Part shown: positions 1 through 11,400 of the stretch, one piece after another
Numbering within the stretch: position 1 is the stretch's first letter
Layout of the letters: every line of letters begins with the position of its first letter
Origin: Macrostomum hystrix
Taxonomy: Eukaryota; Animalia; Platyhelminthes
Assembly: GCA_950097015.1 (NCBI GenBank)
Contig: CATNEN010000001.1
Coordinates: forward strand, 26,164,001 to 26,228,000
Reading direction: 5' to 3'
DNA: 64,000 nucleotides
The notes under the pieces: model-generated
What the model was told of the DNA's origin: nothing
The model's input: the letters and a program-made list of their open reading frames with translations, nothing else
Database searches by the model: none
Program-made: the position numbers and the translations under genes

Positions 1-53
1 TCGAATCGTGCTCCTTGGTGGCTACTCACAGGGCAGTAGAGTGGAGGGCATTC

Positions 54-216
54 TGCAGCTGTGATATATATTATGAGTAAATTGACGTTTTTTATTACAT
101 TACTACGTCAAGACTCTCACAACTGTATCATTGTGCAGCTGTGATATATATGATGAGTAAATTAGCTTTTATTACATTATTACGTCAAGACTCTCACAAC
201 TGTATCATTGTGCAGC
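54..216. repeat. Tandem duplication of an ~80-bp unit (2 copies)
   Basis: TGCAGCTGTGATATATA...TACGTCAAGACTCTCACAACTGTATCATTG occurs at ~54 and ~134; TGCAGC recurs at ~211. Confidence 0.85.
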
Positions 217-935
217 ATCGTCAATATTAGGAAAAAAGTTTTTTTGTATTGTGTATCAAATATTTTATAATATTAACTAAGACTTATAATATGCAATATA
301 ATACGTTCATTATAAAACATGTCTATACAAAGCGAAATCTTCGCGTTTTAGAATTCTGGCGGACGCAAACACGTTATCAAACAATGTACGCGATCGTATT
401 AAACAATGATCAGTTGTTCAGGAAAAAAGTCTTTCAAACAATGGAAAGCTTTCTTGAAATTTCTTAGTTCGATCCCGGGAATAAGTATTTTTTTATTTCG
501 AATCCCAAGACTGGAAAATGTCCGGGATTTGAGACTGTGGTGCAGTGTTAATTGTCGTGTTATTTTCGTGAGTTCTTGTTATTATCCAGAGCATTATAGA
601 GTATAGAGTTCGCGTTGTTGTTCTTGTGTTGAGGTTATTGAGATTTTGTTAAGTAAATTACCAGTGCGAAATGCGAATTTAATATTGAATTGAATTAAGT
701 ACAGTACCTGGCAGGGGACGGAAAAAGCGCTGCCAGCAGGGGAATTAATCACTTATAGTCTTCTCTTTTTAACGAATTAACACCTAAATATCAGCTGTTT
801 AGCTTGGACTTTTGAATCGTCTTGTCTTCGTTATTTTCGAGTTACCGCAATAGAATCTTTCGCAAAGAGTAGGACACCCGACCTCATTTAGGAATCTCAA
901 CGCAGAGACCTAAGTCACAATATCACTGCAGTATA

Positions 936-1593
936 GCATGACTTATCGAGAGGGAGGCATCACTTATCGAGAGGGAAGCATGACTTATCGAGAGGAGAGC
1001 ATCACTTATCGAGAGGAGAGCATCACTTATCGAGAGGGAGGCATGACTTATCGAGAGGGAAGCATGACTTATCGAGAGGGAGGCATGACTTATCGAGAGG
1101 GAGGCATGACTTATCGAGAGGGAAGCATGACTTATCGAGAGGGAGGCATGACTTATCGAGAGGGAAGCATGACTTATCGAGAGGGAAGCATGACTTATCG
1201 AGAGGGAGGCATGACTTATCGAGAGGGAGAGCATGACTTATCGAGAGGGAAGCATGACTTATCGAGAGGGAGGCATGACTTATCGAGAGGGAAGCATGAC
1301 TTATCGAGAGGGAAGCATGACTTATCGAGAGGAGAGCATCACTTATCGAGAGGGAGGCATGACTTATCGAGAGGGAGGCATGACTTATCGAGAGGGAAGC
1401 ATGACTTATCGAGAGGGAGGCATGACTTATCGAGAGGGAAGCATGACTTATCGAGAGGGAAGCATGACTTATCGAGAGGGAAGCATGACTTATCGAGAGG
1501 GAAGCATGACTTATCGAGAGGGAAGCATGACTTATCGAGAGGGAAGCATGACTTATCGAAAGGGAAGCATGACTTATCGAGAGGGAAGCATGA
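936..1593. repeat. Minisatellite, 21-bp unit AGCATGACTTATCGAGAGGGA
   Basis: About 31 near-identical tandem copies; explains the ORFs at 923-1757. Confidence 0.97.
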
Positions 1594-2050
1594 ATGGTCA
1601 AGGGATAGTATATGATATATTAAAAGAGCAGTTTACTCCCGATTCGCCGATTCCCGATTGGCCGAATCCCGATTTGCCTAAATTCCCAATTCGCCGAAAT
1701 TTCCGATTCGCCGAATTCACTCTTTGCCGAAAAAATTTCCAGGAACATTTTTGCTGAGCTACCGTACCTCATTACACTTTTATTTTCGGCTCTACAAGGA
1801 TGTCCAGCAAGTTTTGCTTTTTCCGAAGTACGTGTGATGTTCTTTGCTCACCCAATCTACGTTCCAGAATGTTAATAAAGTTTTGAAGCAAGTTTACAAG
1901 TTAATGAATGAAGAAAGTGCATTTCATTTAAGTTAGTTTTTTAATTAATTTCAATACAATAGAAATAGAGTTCCAATATTTGAGCAGCACTCAACGAGGG
2001 CAATGGTTATGTGGTTTAATTTTAATTTATGATATAGTAAGATGTATAGA

Positions 2051-2187
2051 ATAATACCCCCCTGATTTCGTTTCTTTGGCCTAGGAAAGGCTGAGGACGC
2101 ATTTCTTGGCCGAGGCGAAGCCGAGGCCCAGAAGCGCAGTCCGAAGCCGTTCCAATGCCATAGACAACGATTTCAGGGGGGTATTAT
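2051..2187. mobile_element. Long imperfect hairpin (fold-back) element with a GCGAAGC apex
   Basis: ATAATACCCCCCTGA...TCAGGGGGGTATTAT; the ~67-nt arms pair along their length around a GAA loop. A partial copy of the right arm (GCCATAGACAACGATTT...GTATTATA) lies at ~55894-55928. Confidence 0.65.
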
Positions 2188-2191
2188 AGTA

Positions 2192-2372
2192 TTTAATCCT
2201 AAAGCTTAGCCCGGCTCACGAGATTGCAAACCTAAAACTGTTTACAGCAACTGTGACCATAGACTATATGTTTAATCGGCCTAGGCCGTTAAATCATTTA
2301 ACGGCCTAGGCCGATTAAATAATAAATGCACAGAATTAATAGCCAATAGGCCGGGCCAAGCTGGGGATTAAA
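2192..2372. mobile_element. Small MITE-like element with imperfect terminal inverted repeats and a central perfect palindrome
   Basis: Ends TTTAATCCTAAAGCTTAGCCCGGC / GCCGGGCCAAGCTGGGGATTAAA; perfect 24+1+24 inverted repeat at 2271-2319. Confidence 0.55.
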
Positions 2373-2880
2373 TTAAATGAAATCGCATTTTCATCTTTGA
2401 TATAGGCAGGAGCAGATCAGTTGGAAGTAATTTTTGTTTAAGTTATTCAGGGTTTTGTAAATTTCGTCCATAGCTTTGAGGTCTTTCCTACTTCTAATAT
2501 GCATGCTCAGTGCTTCTTTGCCGAAGAACTTTCTTCTAATGTTTTGCAATTGAGTACATTCGGTCACGTATAGTGAGAGATGTCGTTACCTGATCTTTCT
2601 TACGGAGCCTAGACGAGTCTTGAATATACTTATTTGGTATGAATTTGCTTTTCAGTTTTATCATGGTTTCTAAGAACTTTTTGTTCCGGAAGACGCTGGG
2701 GAAGTATTTGTTTATTTCTGGTCTGTAATTTTTTCGATAGATTAGTGATTAAGGGTAGTGTTTTATGCGGCTAGTTTTTTCATTAGTTCTCATTAGTTCC
2801 CCGTTAATTCTGAAAAAAACCTGCTTAACAGTAGGACTACCGAGCCATTTTGCCGCCCGTTTTTATACCAATCAGGGGGG

Positions 2881-3396
2881 ATTCCCCCCTGACAATTTTT
2901 TTGGCAGTTCCCAAATGCTAACAGCGTTGGGTGGTGACTGATTGGTTGACAGACTAGGCGATGGTGTCCTGTGGTTGAGCTGCGCCCAATATTTTGGCTT
3001 GAGCATTGAAATTTGAGAAATTCGCGTCAGGGTGTCCATAGTAGCTAGTTCCACCTGTTGTAGCCCTTGAAGGTCCAGCAGTCTGTCTATGTAAAGTTAG
3101 GTGACCACCGAAGACGGAGATGATGCGGGCACACTCGGGTGACATGCTGATAAATTTTGAAGGCCTAACAAGGCGCAGTGCGAATTCGTGTATAGGGGTG
3201 TATGAAATACACTAGCTCTTATGGGAAAAATCGGACCTTCGGCCAGAAACATTGAATATCTCGACGGTCTGAAGAGCTGGCGACTTGTTTCTTGTTTCAG
3301 AAGATGCGCAACAAAAAGTTGGCCCGTGTTCTTGAGTTTCGTGTGCTTGCATTGTTCCGTTCGGGTGCAGCAAAAAAAATTGTCAGGGAGGGGAAT
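2881..3396. mobile_element. Putative non-autonomous DNA transposon (~520 bp, ~24-bp inverted ends)
   Basis: ATTCCCCCCTGACAATTTTTTTG at 2881 versus CAAAAAAAATTGTCAGGGAGGGGAAT at 3371-3396; no recognisable coding sequence inside; no TSD identified. Confidence 0.45.
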
Positions 3397-4050
3397 TTCT
3401 AAAATAAATTTCTAAAATTCCTAAAATAAGACGGTCTATATCATGCCGGTCTATAGCATCATATAACATGACATGTCCCGCCTTATAGGCGGTTTTTGCC
3501 GCGCTCTATACCGCTTACCGTGTATATACGGCTGATTATGATTGATATATAGTACATTTTAAAGTATGTTGCTACACACTCTACACAACTTTTACACTGT
3601 TCTGCTATTTTATTCATAGGTCTAACCAATAATGTACACCTAATCCCATGACAAACATATATAACTTCTAATATATTCTTCCTTCAATCCAGCCTTTTTA
3701 TCACTTTATTATGTGATTAAGTGATTAAGTGATTAAGTAAATCAAGATTTATTAGCCCTTAATTAAAAGCTGCATTTTTAGAGCAGCATTTTTAGGCAAC
3801 AGTTTCATTTAATTATTGATACCTTACAAATGAGATTTCTCAGCTCTAACATCATCTGCAGTTCGTTAAAAGCAAGAGATTCGGCTATGTGACCTGATAG
3901 AAGCTTAAACCCAACTCAATAATGGTTCATGCTCTATGTTCCGCGAGGAAAAGTTTACATGTAGCGCTCTGCCTCTGCAGTATGTCGGGCATGTAGGCCA
4001 CCCCAGCTGCAATGCTGCGAATTGAGCACAGCAGCGAACTGATCACTCAC

Positions 4051-4674
4051 CGCTCAATTTAGCTGACCAGCTATGAGTGGCCGCCCTTCCAGCGCGGTTC
4101 GACCTTCGCTGTCCTGCAGGCCGAGCAGCTGATCCCTCTTCGAGTTGCCTCTCTCCTCATACTCATTATACCTCCTCTGCCTCAGCAGATGCAGGAGGTG
4201 TTTCGCGGTTCGCCAGCTGCCGGCCCGAGCTGCCTCCATCAGCGGTGTCGCGCCTCGCTCGTTCTGCAGCCACTTCGCATCGAACGGCAGCAGCGCCAGC
4301 AGCCGCAGGTGCTTCCGTCTGGCTGCCACGTGCGCTGCCGTGTCGCCCGCCCCATCAAGCGCTCCCGGATTCGCACCCAACTCAAATAAGTACAATACGC
4401 ACTTCTCAGCCTCCACGGGAGTCTCTGGAGCGTCGGCTACCACTATCAAGACGGTCCTTCCGCTGTCATCTGTGCTTGCCACCAGCTGTCGCGTCGCCCG
4501 CAGCCGCACCTCGCCATAGTCGCCCTGGATGGTCAACTGCGCGAGTTTCTGCAACAGTGAGTCGGCAATGCAACAGTCAGTGGGCAGGTTCAGTCAATAT
4601 TTGAGCAATAAAAAGAGCACTGTGATTGGCTCTGAGTCCCTCACCTGGTCATCGCTTGGGCCTCCAGCAGCCAT
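4051..4674 (-). CDS. Ankyrin-repeat protein (exons 4674-4645 and 4548-4051); probable 1-bp frameshift near 4086; 3' end unresolved
   Basis: MAAGGPSDDQ|KLAQ... joined across a phase-0 GTGAGG..TTGCAG intron. Ankyrin motifs GRTVLIVVA, GANPGALDGAGDTAAHVAA, GATPLMEAA, QDSEGRTALE. Confidence 0.75.
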
Positions 4675-5427
4675 GGGACTGATTAGAGTGAGAAGTTAGA
4701 TTGAGCACTGCTCAAGGTTCAAAGTGATACCACCTCTTGCCCGCTGCAGCTTGAGGACAGCTTTTATGCTTGAGTTTGTTGCCATGACAACGGGCAGGCC
4801 AGAGTCTGCACATATATTGTATATATGTATTTATATAAATGCATTTTCGCCATTGTAAATTTTTGGGCGAAAACGTGAAAACGGTTTGGACGCTTGATCA
4901 AGGGTGCGAACAATGAATCTCCTCCATGCTCCACAACACGGTATACATTTAACAAGGAAATCAAAGAAGTCAAAACATCTGAAAGCATAGAAATAACGCC
5001 TCATCACGACAATAATTCGAATTTGTTTCGAAGAAAGTCTCGCAGATTGTTTGAGGCACGTGTCACGTGTCCAGACTAAACGTAAGGAGTGTTCGCACTG
5101 ATTGGCTGATTGCATTCTACTCATGAATTTTTAATTTAAAACACTTAATTCTATTTCAGCTAAGCTTAATAAAACGAATGACTGCCTGATTTATTTGGTG
5201 TTTCAGTTAGATAATTTCGAGTGTTTATCAGTTTTTTAAGAGTTGTATTAACTTGCACTTTTTCTGGCTGCCTAAGTGTCTAGTATTTGGCTTGGCTAGT
5301 AGAAAGCACACTGATATTTAGCTGTTTAGTTAAAAAATATATAAGTATAACGAAACGCCGAAAGCCAAAAATTTAAGTAAAGGTGAACTACTTTGTTTCA
5401 ATGCAATAAACCACATCAAGTCTAAAG
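4675..5427. promoter_or_regulatory. Probable bidirectional promoter between the ankyrin gene and MED23
   Basis: Divergent ATGs ~750 bp apart; tandem CACGTG E-boxes at 5057-5062 and 5064-5069; inverted CCAAT (ATTGG) at 5101. Confidence 0.35.
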
Positions 5428-8400
5428 ATGTCTGCTTCCTTTGGCTATATGATATCCACAAGACCAATAGAAGATGAAATGAAAGACTTCTTTGTTTTTA
5501 TCAAGGTAACTAAAAAGTTTCTGTTTTAAACAAGAAACTAAATATATTGTCAATTGAAACTTACAATTTCTATTTTTAGAGTGATTCATTGATTGAAGGG
5601 ATTTAAGTTCAAGCCTTCTTCTAGGCTCTAGCTAGGCCTTAATCAGATTTTATATTTTGAGTAGGTCTGATATAATTTATAATTTTTCTCTTTTAGTATT
5701 TTTATTATAAACAGGCTAGGCTTAGCCTTTGGTTTACATTTCAATTATCTTGAATTGCACATTGAAGACCACAGTGAGGTAATTTTAAATGCTCACATGT
5801 TTCTTTTTTGTCTCCAAAATATTCAACCAGTTGTCATGAAAATCTAGTAAATAGGCTAAAATTTCAGTATATTTCAAATGCCTTCCTGTTGTCTTTCTCA
5901 AGGGGAAATTTAATTACTATGGTCTTTCTACTGTTAAATCTATCTATCCAATTAAGTAACTTGTAGAATCACAAAAAATAGATATTGTCAAGATATTCAG
6001 TGAATCTTGTTAGACACAAAAATATGAAGCAATTTTTTTATTTTAGTTTTTCAAAATTATTTTATAGGCTACTATTGTTGACTATATTATATATATTTTA
6101 TTCTTTATACACTTTTAAACCAATATGAATTTGCCAACTAGGTTTATACAAAGTACAAAGCAATGTTAGTTGCCCTTGGCACATTGGTATTTGACAAGAA
6201 TAGCTGACTATCTCAATGATGCTCACTTGGACAGCTTTGAAAGTTAGTTCATTATAGAGGGTTGACAATTTTGATTCAGGTGGTTGGTTGTCACAAAAAT
6301 TTGTCGTTCTGTTTTGGGAGCTTTTGTGAAGTAGACAGTGGGTATTTAAAATATCCCTTGTGGTTTTTCCCTCTAGAAAAATAGCAGTCTTTCTACTGCT
6401 ATTGGCTATGTGATGGTTGACAGGGCACATTAGATACCATGACTGCCTAAGTGCAGACAAGTTTCAATAATGAAATGATTCCATGCATTTTAGTAATTAT
6501 AATTGTTTTTTTGGCATAGCTCCTAGGCTAGGGAATATTCTTCAGCACTGTGGTTGATTTTATTAATCAGGCTTCTCTATTATAATTTTTTATGAATTGT
6601 GGAATAATAAAAACAGTTCAAAATTAACTTTTTTATGTTAATTTTTTAAATGTTAGCAAGACATTTAATAATTATGAATTTTGCTTTTGTAGAAAACAGT
6701 TATTTTTCAAGTTAATAATTAGCATATCAAAGAGCAATACAAATAAGTCTATAGCATCTATCTATCTATTTGCAGGGGGTCCGGGGCGCTTGTTGCACAA
6801 GCGACAGAGTGGCATGCCCCCAGACCGGCAAACTAGCACCCATAGTGCCGCCTCCCCTAAGCAGGCACCACACAGCAACACAGACCAGCCGGGGAGGGCA
6901 GGAGGCACCCAGAATAGGCAGCAGTGCCCCCCACCCCAGCCCCACACGCACAGAGCAGACCAAGCCGGGGTATGAAATAAGTCCTCAGGGGGGCCGGGTG
7001 ATGAGTGTACACTTATCCCATTGCACTGACGGAAATACAGAAAGTGCATAGCGGTGTACACCCGCCACCTAGCCACCCCCTGCAAGGCCTCACGCACTGC
7101 AGATCATTGTCACAGGACCGAAGCAGCACTTCGGCGCACGATACCATTCCGTCTGTGTTCCAAATTCGGTGAGAAAATCGAAGCTTGGAACAGCCAAGCA
7201 CAGTGGACGGTAAAGCCGTGACAAGCCCGCATTCAGACTTGAAGTAGTCAAAATCCAGTGTCCAGTGCGAGAGAAGCGGTGCATTCGAACAGTGCTGCAG
7301 GCCTGTCAGATCTGTGCAAAAATTTGACAAATATCTCTTTGTGTGGCCCTTATTAGGACCGTTCTGACTTGCGCTCGCTGTTGGGGGTCAGTTTTCAGGG
7401 TTCCGTGAAATACCCTTCGATCGATATTTTCTCCAGCTGGCTCCTGGCCTCTTATTGGTTTTAAGACATCCTGCACCGGCATGGAGAAGTCTTCGAAGGC
7501 ATCTGTTGCATAAAAGGTGTTCAGGTGAAAGTGCAGCTGTCAGAGGACACAGGGCCAGTATGCCAAACCATCACTGGTAGCGGCGCATCTAAGTCTATAA
7601 GAGCGACTATGGCTGAAGTCATTGTAGCAGCAGGACATCAGCGAAGCAGTCAAGGGACCCAGCGCCTGGGTGGCACGCATGGTCGTGGGTCCTAAGGCGC
7701 ACCGCAAAATCAGGAACTGCCAAGACCTTCTTGACCTAAGCGCCTTCATTGTCCCAGAAAAGCAGCAGATGCCGACGCTTGACCGAGGAGATTTCGGGAG
7801 CCAAGCTTTTCAGCGAATTGGACATCCGGAAGGCCTACTACCAGATCGCCGTGCATGAAGACAGCCGAAATCTCTTCACATTCAGCACGCCGCTGGGACT
7901 GATGCGACTAAAGTGGCTGAGTATAGGATTTACTAAGGCCTCAGAAATCCTTGAACGGGTTATGCTAGTCATCCTTAGCGGCGTCACGTGGGTCCACGAC
8001 GATGTAATCGTGTAGCATAACCTTGTCATCGACGTTAAGCAACATCATGAAAGACTGGATGCTTGTCATCAACCCCAAGAGCATCCAACTGTAATATTCC
8101 AATCTAACATGTGTGCTCGTAGTTTTGGCTAGCTGGGCCTAGAACCGCGTGCATTGGCCCAACCAATTATCTGCCTGCGATATGTACATCGATATGCCAA
8201 TCGATAGTTGCACCACCACCGGTTTGCTCAAATAAACTGACGCGTGCTTGGCCGGCTGGGGCCTTACGTTTCTTCGCACCACACTAAACTACTTTCGTGC
8301 GGACTTCATACTTAGGACTTCGGAATTCGGACTACACCAACCAGCTGCTGAGAAGATCCAGTTGATGCGGGACCACTGCCCTCGCTCAGCTAAGCTATTA

Positions 8401-11400
8401 AATATACTGAAAATAGCATTCAATTCGCACTCAAGCTTTTCGACACTATCGATATAAAACAGTCGCCTTTCTCAGTTTTTACACATAGGAGGGCCAACAA
8501 GGGATTTATTTAATGTTTTACTATTTAGTCTGTAGTCTTTTTCTAGCTTCTAGAGTCGGTAGCGCGACGTTTCAGAGGCAGACATTTTGGTGACGTGCAA
8601 AAGTCGTTTTGTTGACATAGTAAAGTCATTTCGGTAACATGCAGTGGATTTGAATGACTGGATTTCTGTAACTCAATAATGCCTATAAATATAATTTAGG
8701 AAAATCATGTATCGGACATTGCACTATACAATCTGGGATCCTACTGTCATAATGGTGCCACAGACATCACTGGCCCGGACTCTGAAAGCTTTCTGCCTGG
8801 CTATGTCACGGACACATTTGCTGCTTACAGCATGGTAAGGATGTGGGAAGTGTCTGACCCACTAGACTAGAGGATCTGGGGAATGTCTGACCCACTAGAC
8901 TAGAGGATCTGGGGAATGTCTGACCCACTAGACTAGAGGATCTGGGGAATGTCTGACCCACTAGACTAGAGGATCTGGGGAATGTCTGACCCACTATAGA
9001 CTAGAGGATCTGGGGAATGTCTGACCCACTATAGACTAGAGGATCTGGGGAATGTCTGACCCACTAGACTAGAGGATCTGGGGAATGTCTGACCCACTAG
9101 ACTAGAGGATCTGGGGAATGTCTGACCCACTAGACTAGAGGATCTGGGGAATGTCTGACCCACTAGACTAGAGGATCTGGGGAATGTTTGATCCACTAGA
9201 CTAGAGGATCTGGGGAATGTTTGACCCACTAGACTAGAGGATCTGGGGAATGTCTGACCCACTAGACTAGAGGATCTGGGGAATGTCTGACCCACTAGAC
9301 TAGAGGATCTGGGGAATGTCTGACCCACTAGACTAGAGGATCTGGGGAATGTCTGACCCACTAGACTAGAGGATCTGGGGAATGTCTGACCCACTAGACT
9401 AGAGGATCTGGGGAATGTCTGACCCACTAGACTAGAGGATCTGGGGAATGTCTGACCCACTAGACTAGAGGATCTGGGGAATGTCTGACCCACTAGACTA
9501 GAGGATCTGGGGAATGTCTGACCCACTAGACTAGAGGATCTGGGGAATGTCTGACCCACTAGACTAGAGGATCTGGGGAATGTCTGACCCACTAGACTAG
9601 AGGATCTGGGGAATGTCTGACCCACTAGACTAGAGGATCTGGGGAATGTCTGACCCACTAGACTAGAGGATCTGGGGAATGTTTGATCCACTAGACTAGA
9701 GGATCTGGGGATCGTCTGACCCACTAGACTAGAGGATCTGGGGATCGTCTGACCCACTAGACTAGAGGATCTGGGGATCGTCTGACCCACTAGACTAGAG
9801 GATCTGGGGATCGTCTGACCCACTAGACTAGAGGATCTGGGGAATGTCTGACCCACTAGACTAGAGGATCTGGGGATCGTCTGACCCACTAGACTAGAGG
9901 ATCTGGGGAATGTCTGACCCACTAGACTAGAGGATCTGGGGAATGTCTGATCCACTAGACTAGAGGATCTGGGGAATGTCTGACCCACTAGACTAGAGGA
10001 TCTGGGGAATGTCTGACCCACTAGACTAGAGGATCTGGGGAATGTTTGATCCACTAGACTAGAGGATCTGGGGATCGTCTGACCCACTAGACTAGAGGAT
10101 CTGGGGATCGTCTGACCCACTAGACTAGAGGATCTGGGGATCGTCTGACCCACTAGACTAGAGGATCTGGGGATCGTCTGACCCACTAGACTAGAGGATC
10201 TGGGGATCGTCTGACCCATGATCGGTTAAATGCAAGTACTGTCAAATGCTTGGCTATTTAAACTCTCCCATGCACTGCAGGAGGATCGCCGGCGCGCCGT
10301 GAAGCTATACATTGGTCACGTGATGGAGGAGTTTCTAGACAGAGTTGTGATCAGCTGTTTGGAAGTGTTCTATCCGCTGATTCATAACACTCTGTTGTCC
10401 GCTAAGTTAGTTTCTGAATGCTTGCATGCTTGTTATCCTGCAATTCAGTCGTTAAAACGCTGGTATTTCTACTGACAGTAGTGTACTTAAGACACCTGTA
10501 CTTGGTAAAAACATGCATGATTTTCTATCCGAAATTTTCACAGGCAGGTGTGCGACGAGCTTCTAATCTCCCACGACGACATCATGCGAAATCCCACCTT
10601 CTTCAAGGAGGCCGTCTCAGTGATGGACCGCCTAGTGCGCCAGATGGACTACAAAGGCTGTCGGGATCTGTTCGGCCGAGTGCTGGGGCTGTACAAGACC
10701 TTCACGGAGGGCGAGGAAAAAGTCTTTGTGCCGGCCTTTAAGGTTTGTCAGTCTTTGTTTTTTGGGGTTTAACGCATTTTTAGATAATTAGCTTCTCCCT
10801 GCTTCTCTATCAATACATATCTTATCAGCAAATCCTGCTGATCAATCCCTTCATCTCCAATCCCCAGATACCTGATCCTCAATCCCTTCATCTCCAATCC
10901 CCAGATACCTGATCCTCAATCCCTTCATCTCCAATCCCCAGATACCTGATCCTCAATCCCTTCATCTCCAATCCCCAGATACCTGATCCTCAATCCCTTC
11001 ATCTTCGATCCCCAGATTCCTGATCCTCAATCCCTTCATCTCCAATCCCCAGATACCTGATCCTCAATCCCTTCATCTTCGATCCCCAGATTCCTGATCC
11101 TCAATCCCTTCATCTTCGATCCCCAGATTCCTGATCCTCAATCCCTTCATCTTCGATCCCCAGATTCCTGATCCTCAATTTCTTCATCTTCGATCCCCAG
11201 ATTCCTGATCCTCAATCCCTTCCTTCATCTTCGATCCCCAGATTCCTGATCCTCATCCCTTCATCTTCGATCCCCAGATACCTGATCCTCATCCCTTCAT
11301 CTCCCATCGCCAGATACCTGATCCTCATCCCTTCATCTCCCATCACGAGATACCTGATCCCCATTGTTGCCAGAGGTTAGGCAAAGTACATTGCTAGTTC

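Noticed and set aside
1636-1730. Short CCGATTCGCCGAA-type repeats resembling a transposon subterminal region
   Set aside because: No matching opposite end found in the window.
923-1757. Long repetitive ORFs (also 9029-10219, 11761-12573, 13291-14061, 20591-21510, 22096-23129, 43654-44949, 53006-53726)
   Set aside because: Read-through of tandem repeats that lack stops in some frames; often open on both strands and located inside introns.
6770-7085. GC-rich block bounded by an 11-bp inverted repeat TTGCAGGGGGT
   Set aside because: The inverted repeat is short and there is no TSD or second copy in the window; it cannot be classified.
8560-8633. Alternative MED23 first exon just upstream of 8700
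   Set aside because: No in-frame ATG and stops are present; exon 5428-5505 fits phase and expected protein length better.
8850-10218. CRISPR-like appearance of the 30-37-bp repeats here and elsewhere
   Set aside because: Units are directly tandem with no unique spacers, there are no cas genes, and the context is eukaryotic introns.
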